This document shows, piece by piece, positions 48,683-57,996 of a stretch of 64,000 nucleotides of DNA (its first letter is position 1; every line of letters begins with the position of its first letter). The DNA is from Trueperaceae bacterium (GTDB taxonomy: Bacteria > Deinococcota > Deinococci > Deinococcales > Trueperaceae): assembly GCA_965213925.1 (NCBI GenBank), contig OZ243927.1, positions 1,728,001 through 1,792,000 of the forward strand, written 5' to 3'. Made by a program: the position numbers and the translations under genes. The notes under the pieces are model-generated. The model searched no databases and was not told where the DNA came from. It was given only the letters and a program-made list of their open reading frames with translations.

Positions 48683-49807
48683 ATGAGTCAAGGTCCTACC
48701 GGAATCGTCATGATGAACTTGGGCGGTCCCAAAAATTTAGATGAGGTCCAACCCTTTCTCCTCAAACTGTTCGAAGACCGCGAGATCATCCAACTTCCCG
48801 TGCAGAAATACCTGGGTCCTTTCATCGCGAACCGCCGCACCAAAAGCGTGCAGCAGAACTACGCCGACATCGGCGGCGGCTCCCCGATTCTCAAGTGGAC
48901 TGAGGAGCAGGGGCAGGGCATGGTGGAGCGCTTAGACGAGATGTCACCGGAGACCGCGCCACATAAGTTTTACGTCGCATTTCGTTACGTCAACCCCTTT
49001 AGCGAAGACGCCCTACAAGCGATGAAAAACGACGGCGTCAAGCGAGCGGTGGCGTTCACGCAGTACCCGCAGTTTTCGTGCTCCACAACGGGCTCGTCCT
49101 TGAACGAACTCTGGCGGGCAGCGCGTCGCGTCGGATTGCAAAACGAGTTCGAGTGGAGCGTCATTGACCGCTGGCCCACCCATCCGCGCTTCATCGAGGC
49201 GATGACGGAGACCGTGAAGCAAGGTCTGGAACAGTTCGACGAGGCAGACCGCGACGACGTGCTCGTCCTCTTTAGCGCGCACTCGCTGCCCTTAGACGTT
49301 ATCAACCGGGGCGACGCCTACCCCGCCGAAATCGGCGCGTCGGTCCACGAGGTGATGTCGCGCTTAGACTACTCGCATGAATACATTCTCGCCTATCAGT
49401 CCGACGTAGGTCCGGTGCCCTGGCTCGGACCTGGCACCGAAAAGGTTCTCAAGAATTTAGGCGCGAAAAAGCGCAAAAACGTCCTCGTCGTCGGCGTCGC
49501 CTTCACGAGCGACCATATCGAGACGCTCCACGAACTCGACATCGAGTATGGCGAGTTAGCGCATGAGGTGGGCATCGAAAACTACAAGCGTGCGCCCGCT
49601 CTAAACGGAATGCCTGTCTTTCAAGACGCGCTCGCGGAAATCGTACATGAGCATCTTCAGTCCGGCGAAGCCTGCACGAAGCAGTACGGTTTGCGCTGCC
49701 CCGGCTGCGTGAACCCGCAGTGTCGCAACATCCTCAATCCGGTTGCGCCTTATAAGCGCACGAAGGTGAGTGTGGGGAAAGGGAACAAGCAGTATCAGGC
49801 GGTGTAA
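48683..49807 (+). CDS. hemH: Ferrochelatase, animal-FECH-like with C-terminal Cys cluster
   Basis: NLGGP, GGGSP, QYPQFSCSTTGSS, FSAHSLP, GPVPWLGP, FTSDHIETLHELD, CPGCVNPQC. Confidence 0.95.
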   Translation: MSQGPTGIVMMNLGGPKNLDEVQPFLLKLFEDREIIQLPVQKYLGPFIANRRTKSVQQNYADIGGGSPILKWTEEQGQGMVERLDEMSPETAPHKFYVAFRYVNPFSEDALQAMKNDGVKRAVAFTQYPQFSCSTTGSSLNELWRAARRVGLQNEFEWSVIDRWPTHPRFIEAMTETVKQGLEQFDEADRDDVLVLFSAHSLPLDVINRGDAYPAEIGASVHEVMSRLDYSHEYILAYQSDVGPVPWLGPGTEKVLKNLGAKKRKNVLVVGVAFTSDHIETLHELDIEYGELAHEVGIENYKRAPALNGMPVFQDALAEIVHEHLQSGEACTKQYGLRCPGCVNPQCRNILNPVAPYKRTKVSVGKGNKQYQAV

Positions 49808-49855
49808 CCGCTATTCGAAGTAACAGAGAAAGGAGTAGCGCAGAGTAGTGCCGCG

Positions 49856-50332
49856 CTACTCCTTTTTCAGTTGCCCCATTTTGTAGAGATACACCGCTAA
49901 AATCAGCAGGGGAAGAAAAAGACTCGAGACAATCAGCACCGGCACGCCCCATGCCACCTCGACACCTTGCGCCGTTCGCACCGTGAGCCACGAGAGAAAG
50001 AAAAAGATGCTGACAGTGAGCAGCTTGAGCCACGCCATCAGTTCGTTTACGAGAGGTCTCGAGCGCCCCGACGTGTCTTCTTTAATGTGCTTGGGGAGAT
50101 TCCAAAGAGGTGAACGGAGCGGTACGAACGAGAGCGCCGTGAACATCGCATAGAGTCCTAGACTAACGAACCAGAGTGACCAGATACTGTCTTTAGAGCC
50201 GAAGTCGTCCGCTTGCCCTGCCGCATTAAAGTGTGTCGGCACGGTGCTCGGTAAAGAGGTGTAGGAAACCCAGAGGTAGACGAGGTGCAGCGCGAGCACC
50301 GTAAGAGAGAGACTCTCGAGCCAGCGCCGCAC
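49856..50332 (-). CDS. DUF1648-domain membrane protein
   Basis: LPSTVPTHFNAAGQADDFGSK. Confidence 0.85.
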   Translation of the reverse strand: MRRWLESLSLTVLALHLVYLWVSYTSLPSTVPTHFNAAGQADDFGSKDSIWSLWFVSLGLYAMFTALSFVPLRSPLWNLPKHIKEDTSGRSRPLVNELMAWLKLLTVSIFFFLSWLTVRTAQGVEVAWGVPVLIVSSLFLPLLILAVYLYKMGQLKKE

Positions 50333-50338
50333 TGACCT

Positions 50339-51760
50339 CTACTCCGTACCCTCGAGTTCTATCGTCACCACTTCCCCAAACTCCTCCAAAGGCATATCGA
50401 ACTGCGAAGCGTCCCCTACGACCATCACGACGAGCCCGTCTGGGCGCAGCTCCGAACGCGCGACCTCTTGCACGTCCTCCGCTGAGACCTCTTGGACGCC
50501 GTTGATGTAGTCTTCGTAGTAGTTCTCTTCTAGGTCTAAAAACTCCGCTTGCGCGCTGCGCTGCGCCACTTGCGCCGAAGAGGTGAAGCGGAAGACGGCG
50601 CGGCTCAGCAGGGTCTCTTTTTGCTGCTCCAACTCGGCTTCGGTGACGCCCTCTTGTTGCAACCCCTCGATTTCCGCTTGCAAGAGATTCAAGACTTGCC
50701 CGGTGGCGTCGCCGCGCGAGAGCGAATAAGCGTAGAAAAAGCCCGGATACTGATAGCCCTGCGTCAAGCCGCTGCCTGTCGCGTACGCTAAGCCGCGCCG
50801 CGTGCGAATCTCCGTGGTGATGCGCGAGGAGAAGCCTTCGCCGCCCAAAATGCCGTTCGCCACGGTGAGGTCGGCGTAGTTGGGTGAGTAGGCTAAAACG
50901 CTCGGGTGCCCCATGAAGATGACGCTCTGCGTAGTCTCTTTAGGGGCGTAGTAGACTCTCGGCTCGGGCGTGGGGTCGAACTCGGGCAGCTCGGGGTAGT
51001 TTACGTCCACTCGTTCCCAGTCGCTGAAGGTCGCCTCGAGCTTCTCCACCATCTCATCGCGTTCGAAGTCGCCGCTGACCGCCAGAACCGTCTCGTTCGG
51101 CGCGTAGTAGCGCTCATAGAAGCTCACTACATCGTCTCTCGTGACACTCTGAACCGTCTCCACAGTAGGAAATTCACCCACCGGATGCCCCTCCGCGACG
51201 CGCCTCACGAACTCGCGCTGGGCGATGCCGACCGGGTCGTCGTTCTGGCGGCGCAACTCCTCCAGGGTGCGTCCGCGCAGGAGTTCCAGGCGGTCTTCAC
51301 TGAATTGCGGACGCTGCAGCACATCGCCGAACACCTCTAAGACCTCGTCGATATTGTCCGAGAGCGCCGAGAAGCTCACCGCGGCGGAGTTGTTGCTGGC
51401 GGAGCCCTCCACCGAAGCGGCTAAGAACTCCAAGGTCTCGTCTACCTCGTCAGCACTCCTCTCGCCCGCGCCGCCCGTGCGCAAGAGGTCGGCGGTCATC
51501 GCGGCTAAGCCGATTTTACCTTCCGGGTCGTAGAGGCTGGGGGCGCGGACGTAGGCAAGTCCTTCGGTGAGGGGCAGCGAGGAATCAGTAAGCAGATACA
51601 CCACCATTCCGTTAGAGAGTTCGACGCGCTCGGGCTCGAGCGTGACCTCATCTAACTCGCCGAAGGTCATCTCGAAGGGGTCGGGCCAGCTATCGGGGGC
51701 GGGCTGCGCCGTAGCGAGGGCGAACGTTGCTAACAGGAGGGAAAGTGAAAGACGAATCAT
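50339..51760 (-). CDS. M16 peptidase, non-catalytic subunit
   Basis: LSNGM, SSR...EIRTRRGLAY; lacks HxxEH; signal peptide. Confidence 0.9.
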   Translation of the reverse strand: MIRLSLSLLLATFALATAQPAPDSWPDPFEMTFGELDEVTLEPERVELSNGMVVYLLTDSSLPLTEGLAYVRAPSLYDPEGKIGLAAMTADLLRTGGAGERSADEVDETLEFLAASVEGSASNNSAAVSFSALSDNIDEVLEVFGDVLQRPQFSEDRLELLRGRTLEELRRQNDDPVGIAQREFVRRVAEGHPVGEFPTVETVQSVTRDDVVSFYERYYAPNETVLAVSGDFERDEMVEKLEATFSDWERVDVNYPELPEFDPTPEPRVYYAPKETTQSVIFMGHPSVLAYSPNYADLTVANGILGGEGFSSRITTEIRTRRGLAYATGSGLTQGYQYPGFFYAYSLSRGDATGQVLNLLQAEIEGLQQEGVTEAELEQQKETLLSRAVFRFTSSAQVAQRSAQAEFLDLEENYYEDYINGVQEVSAEDVQEVARSELRPDGLVVMVVGDASQFDMPLEEFGEVVTIELEGTE

Positions 51761-53310
51761 GGGTTGCTCTCCTCAGTTATTATCTCACTGGTGGATTCGC
51801 TGGTAGACTCACTTGTTGCACCACCGGAAGAATGAGGGTTGATAGGCTCGAGCCGCGTCACGATGCGGTTGTCTTCGTTAAAGATACGCTGCGCGACCGC
51901 TTGAACCTCTTCAGCGGTGACCGAGTTGATAATCTCCTCGTACTCCAAGATGCCGTCCCAGCCGCCCAAGAAGAGTTCGTAAAAGGCGAGCTGCGAGGCT
52001 AAACCGCTGCCCGAACCCAAACCGCGAATGAAGCCCGCCCGCACCTGATTTTTGACCTTCTCTAGTTCGCGTTCGGTCACGCTCTCATTCTTAAGACGTT
52101 CGACCTCTTCGTAAAAGACGCGCTCCATATCCTCATTCGTGTTCGGAAAGCGCGGCGCGCCGCCGAAGACGAACAAGTTGGGCTCGCGGATACCGGGGAA
52201 GGCGGAAGAGGTGAAGACGTCTAGTGCCACCTGGTCTTCAACCACCATACGCTCAAAAAGCCGAGAGGTGCGCCCCGCGCTCAAAATCGCGTCGATAACG
52301 TCCATCACGTAAGCGTCGCGCTCGGGATAGGTCGGCTTGTGGTAGCCCACCGCGAGCTGCGGCTCGGCGTCGAATTCGACGCTGCTACGGCGCTCCTCGG
52401 TCTGGTCGGGCTCTTCGGGAATCGCAGGGCGCGCGTCTGGGGCTCCCTCTAACACGCCGAAGTAGCGCTCCAAAGTGACGATGTCGCGTTCCGGCTCCAC
52501 GTCGCCGACCAGCACCAGCACGGCGCGGTTCGGGTCGTAGTAGCGCTCGAAGAAGGCTTCCGCTTCGGAGGCGAGGTAGCTTTCCAACTCGTTCGGCGCA
52601 CCGATGAGCGGGCGTCCATACGGATGAACCTGATACGCTTGACCTAAAAATTCTTCGAACAGCACGCCTTGCGGGTCGTCCTCGGAGCGCTGCCGCCGCT
52701 CTTCGCGCACCACGTCGCGCTCTTCATAGAAGGAGCGGAAGACGGTGTCGCGTAAAATATCGGCGTAGACGCGGGCGTAGAGTTCTAAGCGGTTTGAAGG
52801 CATGGAGATGACGTAAGCGGTGCGGTCGTAGCCCGTCGAGGCGTTGAGTCCGACGCCGCCGTTCGCGTCGAAGAGTAAGTCCAGCGCGTTCGGCGAGGCG
52901 AAGGCTTTGGCTTCCTCCCTAGCCTCCAAAAATGCTGCCTGCGTCTCGGCGATCTCCTCCTCAGTGCCGTTTTTACGGACCCACTCGAGCGCCAGCGCCA
53001 GCACCTCGACCTTATCCAGCGCCTGTTCCTCCAAGTCGGGCGTGTCCGTGCCGATGGTCTGCGTGCCCTTAAACGCCATGTGCTCGACCATGTGCGCGAT
53101 GCCGCCCAGACCGTCCGGCTCGTCGATGCCGCCCACATCGAACATGAGGTTAAAGGAGATCACGGGCGCGGCGTCCTGTTCGACCATGATGACGCGCATC
53201 CCGTTATCCAGCGTGTAGGTGCTCACCTGCTCGCGGAGGTCTTGGGCACTCCCGAGCGCCAAACCCAGCAGGAAAGACAGGGTTAGGAGGGTACGTGCGG
53301 CTAGTTTCAT
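51757..53310 (-). CDS. M16 peptidase, catalytic subunit
   Basis: GIAHMVEHMAFKGT, NASTG, ERDVVREERR; signal peptide. Confidence 0.92.
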   Translation of the reverse strand: MKLAARTLLTLSFLLGLALGSAQDLREQVSTYTLDNGMRVIMVEQDAAPVISFNLMFDVGGIDEPDGLGGIAHMVEHMAFKGTQTIGTDTPDLEEQALDKVEVLALALEWVRKNGTEEEIAETQAAFLEAREEAKAFASPNALDLLFDANGGVGLNASTGYDRTAYVISMPSNRLELYARVYADILRDTVFRSFYEERDVVREERRQRSEDDPQGVLFEEFLGQAYQVHPYGRPLIGAPNELESYLASEAEAFFERYYDPNRAVLVLVGDVEPERDIVTLERYFGVLEGAPDARPAIPEEPDQTEERRSSVEFDAEPQLAVGYHKPTYPERDAYVMDVIDAILSAGRTSRLFERMVVEDQVALDVFTSSAFPGIREPNLFVFGGAPRFPNTNEDMERVFYEEVERLKNESVTERELEKVKNQVRAGFIRGLGSGSGLASQLAFYELFLGGWDGILEYEEIINSVTAEEVQAVAQRIFNEDNRIVTRLEPINPHSSGGATSESTSESTSEIITEESNP

Positions 53311-53441
53311 CTCTCACCTCTTCGTGAAAATTTCTATCAGTATATAAGGCGAAAGACTGAAGGAGTGAAATGTGAAAAAGGGGGAGGCTCGAGCCTTAAC
53401 AGGTCTTCATCCACAAGGTGTAAAGGTACGTCTCGCCGTAT

Positions 53442-53645
53442 GAACGCGGTATCTCTTGTGAGGATGAGGACAGGTCTTCTTTATAAATCGCCCAAATCCT
53501 GTTCGGCGTAGAAGTCTGAAAACTCGCCCTCGGTTACGGGTTGTCGCTTATATCCCTCGGCGTGTCTTTGCTCGAGCCTCTCAACCTCTCCTTGCGCTTC
53601 TTGGCGGTCATCTCGAGCGTTCGTAAAGCTATCTCTTTTGCACAT
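53442..53645 (-). pseudogene. Degraded type II toxin-antitoxin relic (antitoxin C-terminus + PemK/MazF fragment)
   Basis: 54-aa ORF 53645-53481 ending LEQRHAEGYKRQPVTEGEFSDFYAEQDLGDL; directly after its stop, RRPVLILTRDTAF with no start codon. Confidence 0.6.
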
Positions 53646-53666
53646 GACGTCCTTTATACTCTAGGG

Positions 53667-54704
53667 ATGACGGAAGCAACCCTCAACTCAGAACAAACCA
53701 CCGCCACAAAGAAGAAAAAGCGCGTTTTTTCAGGGATGCAGCCCTCGAACGCGCTACATTTAGGTAACTACTTAGGCGCACTCAAACAGTGGGTCGCGAA
53801 TCAGTACGAGAACGACAACATCTTCTGCGTTGTGGACTTGCACGCGCTGACCATCCCCGAAGAGATTGACCCGAAAGTCTTATATAGACAGTCCAGAGAG
53901 GTCGCCGCCCTTTACCTCGCGTGCGGCATCGACCCCGAGAGCAACCTCGTCTTCATCCAGTCGCACGTGCACGAGCACGCCGAACTCGCGTGGGTCTTAA
54001 ACTGCACGACGCCTTTGGGCTGGCTCTACCGGATGACGCAGTTCAAGGCGAAGTCCGACCAGAAGGAGAGCGTTGGGACGGGTCTTTTGGACTATCCCGT
54101 GCTGCAAGCCGCCGATATCCTCCTCTACGACACGCAGTCCGTGCCGGTGGGCGAAGACCAGCGCCAACACATCGAGCTGACCCGCGACATCGCGATTCGT
54201 TTCAACAACCTCTTCGGCGACGTGTTCGTGCTGCCCAACGCGACAATTCCGCCTGCGGGTGCAAAGATCATGGGCTTCGATGAGCCCGAGGCGAAGATGA
54301 GCAAGAGTATCGCGCGTGAACGGAGCGGGCACGCCGTCAATCTCTTGGACAACCCCAAGACCATCAAAAAGACCATCATGTCCGCCGTGACTGACTCGGA
54401 GCGGGAGACGCGCTTTGAGCACGCTTCGCCGGGGGTGAAGAACTTGCTTTCGCTCTATCAGGTTCTGACCGAAGAGTCGCGAGAGGTCATCGAGGCAAAG
54501 TTTGAGGGTCAAGGCTATGGAACGCTCAAAAAAGCGGTTTTAGAGGTGGTGACGGAGACCTTGGAGCCGATTCAAACCCGCTACCAGGAAATCATGGCGA
54601 ACCCTGAGGGGCTCGAGTCCCTCCTCTCGAAAGGTGCAGCCCAAGCCCAGGAGATGGCGGCGAAGACGATGGCACGGGTTAAGGACGCGACGGGCATAGG
54701 ATGA
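53667..54704 (+). CDS. trpS: Tryptophan--tRNA ligase
   Basis: SGMQPS, HLGN, YPVLQAADIL, VPVGEDQ, KMSKS; start moved to ATG 53667. Confidence 0.96.
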   Translation: MTEATLNSEQTTATKKKKRVFSGMQPSNALHLGNYLGALKQWVANQYENDNIFCVVDLHALTIPEEIDPKVLYRQSREVAALYLACGIDPESNLVFIQSHVHEHAELAWVLNCTTPLGWLYRMTQFKAKSDQKESVGTGLLDYPVLQAADILLYDTQSVPVGEDQRQHIELTRDIAIRFNNLFGDVFVLPNATIPPAGAKIMGFDEPEAKMSKSIARERSGHAVNLLDNPKTIKKTIMSAVTDSERETRFEHASPGVKNLLSLYQVLTEESREVIEAKFEGQGYGTLKKAVLEVVTETLEPIQTRYQEIMANPEGLESLLSKGAAQAQEMAAKTMARVKDATGIG

Positions 54705-54723
54705 GGTTTAAGCGGATGAGAGC

Positions 54724-55653
54724 GTGAGCGTCCTCTTCGTCTTTTTAGACGGGGTAGGGCTTGGTGAGACAAATAAAGAGGTCAATCCGTTCGCGGCGGC
54801 GCACACGCCCTTTCTCGCTGAGTGGTTGGGGGGGAAGCTGACCTCGAGCTTAGAAGAGGTTAGCGAAGAGTACTTCGTTTTCACTAGAGCGGACGCGACC
54901 CTCGGGGTTGACGGTCTCCCTCAATCCGCCACCGGACAAACAACGCTCCTGACAGGTAAAAACGGCGCAACCATCATGGACCGCCACTACGGACCTTGGC
55001 CCGGTCCGACCTTGAAGCGCGTACTGGACGAAGGCACGCTCTTCTCTGGGGTTGTGGATGCGGGCAAACGCGCCGCTCTAGCGAACGTCTACCCGAGAGG
55101 CTATTTTTGGGCACTCGAGCACGGCAAGCAGAAGCTCAACGTGCCCGTGTACGCAGCGAGAGCAGCGAGCGTACCCCTTCGCACCGAAACGGATTATGCG
55201 GACGCTAGAGCGATAAGTGCCGACCTTACAGGCAAGTACTTACACGCGCAAAACGGCTCACCGCTACGCACACCTGAAGAGGCGGGCGCGAACCTCGCCG
55301 CGCTCGCCGCCGAGTTTGACTTCACCTTTTTGGACTTTTGGGCGACCGACCGCGCTGGGCATCGCTGGTCGTTTGCGGAGTCAATTAAGCTCGTGGAGCA
55401 GTTGGACGCTTTTTTTAGTGGGCTCGTGTCTGCGCTCGAGAATAGAGAAGAAAAAGAAGAGGTGACGCTGCTCGTCACCTCCGACCACGGTAATTTAGAG
55501 GATAAAACGACGAAGTCTCACACGGTGAACCCTGTACCGCTCATCGCGTTCGGACCCGCCGCGCATCTCTTCCAAAACGTAAAGAGCCTCCTAGACGTTG
55601 CGCCGGCGGTGCGCGCGGCGCTCAGCTTGGGCGTGTTTACGACCCTAAAATAA
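54724..55653 (+). CDS. Alkaline-phosphatase-superfamily metalloenzyme
   Basis: FLDGVGLG, PQSATGQT, DRAGH, TSDHGN, HTVNPVP. Confidence 0.85.
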   Translation: MSVLFVFLDGVGLGETNKEVNPFAAAHTPFLAEWLGGKLTSSLEEVSEEYFVFTRADATLGVDGLPQSATGQTTLLTGKNGATIMDRHYGPWPGPTLKRVLDEGTLFSGVVDAGKRAALANVYPRGYFWALEHGKQKLNVPVYAARAASVPLRTETDYADARAISADLTGKYLHAQNGSPLRTPEEAGANLAALAAEFDFTFLDFWATDRAGHRWSFAESIKLVEQLDAFFSGLVSALENREEKEEVTLLVTSDHGNLEDKTTKSHTVNPVPLIAFGPAAHLFQNVKSLLDVAPAVRAALSLGVFTTLK

Positions 55654-56716
55654 CGACCGCCGCCTCGTACCACGCGCCTAACATCAGCAGCAAGAAGGCG
55701 ATGGGTAGCATCATGATGAGCTTTCTCGAGCCGTCCCGAAAGCCCTTGAACCCTTCACGGATGACCGTCATGAGGAAGATACCGCCGCCCGCTGTCACGA
55801 CGACGTAGGCTGAAAGCTCCACGACGATGAGGATAAGCACGAACAAGACGTTGAGCGGTCCGGCGTCCACTAAAAAGCCGAAGGGGATACCGAGCGCCAA
55901 AAAGCGCAGCCCGTTAAAGAGGTACGCGCCTAGCCCAAGCGTGATGAAGGTGAGCGAGAAGGTGGTGACGAGCGTGCCCATCACGAAGTTTTGGTAGAGC
56001 GTCACCACGGCGGCTCGGCCCACGTTGCCGCTGCCATATGCCTCAGCCGCGCCGAGTTCTTCGACGGTGGTTTGCACAACGTTTGAAATCGCCGTCTGAC
56101 ATACGGGCGGAAGACCCGCCCCGATGCCCAACCCGACCGCAAAAAGCCCGAACATCGCGACGAACGTGCCGATAACGAGCGCGCGGTAGCCCTTGAGCAG
56201 CGCCCACCCCTCGGCAAGCCAGCGCCGGAAGAAGGACGGGCGCACGAGCAAATACACGAAGTAGAGGCTGAAAACGATAAATACCCACGCCGTTAAGGGC
56301 TGCTGAAAAACGCGCGGAATCGTGCCGCCGCCCTCGGTTTGCACGCCGATATCAGAAGCGGTCCAGCTACCCTCTTGCTGCTCGAGGGTAACTTCTAAGA
56401 CCTCCAAGCGCTCACTCGGAAAGGCGACGGGATAGGTGTAGCGGCGCGTACCGCCCGCGCCCGTCTCGCGCTCGACCCTGTCACCAAAGTTGACCCGCGT
56501 GCCTTCGGGTGGAGGCGGGCTCCCTAAAAGGGAAGGCAACTGCTGACAGAGTTGCTCGGGTGGGAGCCCTGAAAGGGTGCTCAGATTGGTGGGCGGTTGG
56601 TCCAACCACTCACGCACCGCGTTATCCGCCGCCGCTTCAGGGGACTGACCTAAGGCGAAGGTCGAGAGAGCGAGTAGAAAAATAAAGAGGTAAGGGATAG
56701 GATTTTTTAGAATCAT
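55637..56716 (-). CDS. SpoIIM-domain membrane protein
   Basis: Signal peptide; C-terminal TM bundle with VELSAY and GAWYEA. Confidence 0.75.
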   Translation of the reverse strand: MILKNPIPYLFIFLLALSTFALGQSPEAAADNAVREWLDQPPTNLSTLSGLPPEQLCQQLPSLLGSPPPPEGTRVNFGDRVERETGAGGTRRYTYPVAFPSERLEVLEVTLEQQEGSWTASDIGVQTEGGGTIPRVFQQPLTAWVFIVFSLYFVYLLVRPSFFRRWLAEGWALLKGYRALVIGTFVAMFGLFAVGLGIGAGLPPVCQTAISNVVQTTVEELGAAEAYGSGNVGRAAVVTLYQNFVMGTLVTTFSLTFITLGLGAYLFNGLRFLALGIPFGFLVDAGPLNVLFVLILIVVELSAYVVVTAGGGIFLMTVIREGFKGFRDGSRKLIMMLPIAFLLLMLGAWYEAAVVILGS

Positions 56717-56720
56717 AAGG

Positions 56721-57272
56721 TTAGATATCCTCGAGGGGTACGCCCTGGGCGCACAAGGAACAGTCGTCAGCGGGATAGGTGGGAAATGAGAGCGTTTGGA
56801 GCGCAGTGAGGGTCATATTAGAGGTGCCTCTGTCGATGATGCACCCGACGCCGACGCAGGTGCCGCCTTTAGCTTCGGCAGCGTGGATGGACTTTCGCAA
56901 GCTGCCGCCCGTCGTCACCACGTCTTCCACCGCGACGAAGATCTCTCCCTGCACGATTTCGAACGCCTCACGAATCTTCATGCCGCCCATCCCGTCCTTT
57001 TCGGCGAACAGCGCGCGGCAGCCGAGCGCTTTGGCGACCGTATGAGCAAGTACGACGCCGCCCATCGCCGGACCGAGGACAAACGCGGGAACATCGTCTA
57101 AGGTTTTATCAAAACTCTGGGCTAAAGCGCTGCCGACGGCTTCGGCGTGCTGCGGGTACTGCAACACCGTCGTAGACTGCAAGAACTTAGGCGAGTGACG
57201 CCCCGAGGCGAGCAGAAAATGCCCCTCTAAATACGCCCCCGTCTCTCTATAAAGGTTGAGAACATCCATCAT
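56721..57272 (-). CDS. pyrE: Orotate phosphoribosyltransferase
   Basis: GHFLLASGRHS, GPAMGG, VEDVVTTGGS. Confidence 0.93.
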   Translation of the reverse strand: MMDVLNLYRETGAYLEGHFLLASGRHSPKFLQSTTVLQYPQHAEAVGSALAQSFDKTLDDVPAFVLGPAMGGVVLAHTVAKALGCRALFAEKDGMGGMKIREAFEIVQGEIFVAVEDVVTTGGSLRKSIHAAEAKGGTCVGVGCIIDRGTSNMTLTALQTLSFPTYPADDCSLCAQGVPLEDI

Positions 57273-57334
57273 AAATCAGCATACAGCAGGGAGGCGCAAG
57301 TCGGTGTGGGAGGTGAAGAAAGTAACGAGTTAAA

Positions 57335-57448
57335 AGCAATCCAGTCGAGCTGGTTACGCAGTCTCCGAAGGAACGAACGGTGAGCAATGAGTCTAAAGGG
57401 TTTCACTTACCGTTCGTCCAGCTCGACTGGATTGCTCGTTGCTTCTAT
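57335..57448. repeat. Repeat family B, intact inverted-repeat copy
   Basis: 19-bp perfect arms 57335-57353 / 57418-57436 with a second inner stem. Confidence 0.8.
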
Positions 57449-57480
57449 TTTGCTCATCAAGCACAGCCACCGTCTTCGCG

Positions 57481-57996
57481 GTGCGTTATAGTAGCTCCGT
57501 GCAGAGCGCGACCTGGCTTAAAAATACGTTTTGGCGCACCACCGTCGCCCTCGTCCCCCAGCTCGCTCATGCGGACGACCGCTTTGCGAAACGGCTGCTC
57601 TCAGCGGAAGAGTATGGGCTCTACATGCAGATGGACGTGCGTGACCGCGACCACGCTTGCACCGTCACGAAAGCTTTGCTCGTTGGCTTCCCCGACGCTT
57701 CGCTCGAGCTTTTGCGAGCGGCGCTCCTCCACGATGTCGGCAAGACGAAAGCCTCTTATAATCCGCTCAGCCGCATTCTAGCGGCGCTCTATACGCCCCC
57801 CCAAATCCCTGCAAAGCCGCGCTTTTCGGGCGTGCGCGGGCTCTGGCAGATGAAGCGTCACCACGGTCGCTACGGCGCACAGATGATCCGTGCAGCGGGC
57901 GGCGACGCGCGCGTAGCGGAGATCGTCGCGCGGCACCACGCGCCCGCTGGCGACGCAGAAGCGTCACGGCTTAAAGAGGTCGATGAGCGCTTCTAA
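57481..57996 (+). CDS. HD-domain protein
   Basis: RDH...AALLHDVGK...HH; start uncertain. Confidence 0.8.
   Translation: MRYSSSVQSATWLKNTFWRTTVALVPQLAHADDRFAKRLLSAEEYGLYMQMDVRDRDHACTVTKALLVGFPDASLELLRAALLHDVGKTKASYNPLSRILAALYTPPQIPAKPRFSGVRGLWQMKRHHGRYGAQMIRAAGGDARVAEIVARHHAPAGDAEASRLKEVDERF

Noticed and set aside
53541..53666. N-terminal extension of trpS
   Set aside because: It is the antisense of the TA relic; a -10 box precedes ATG 53667.
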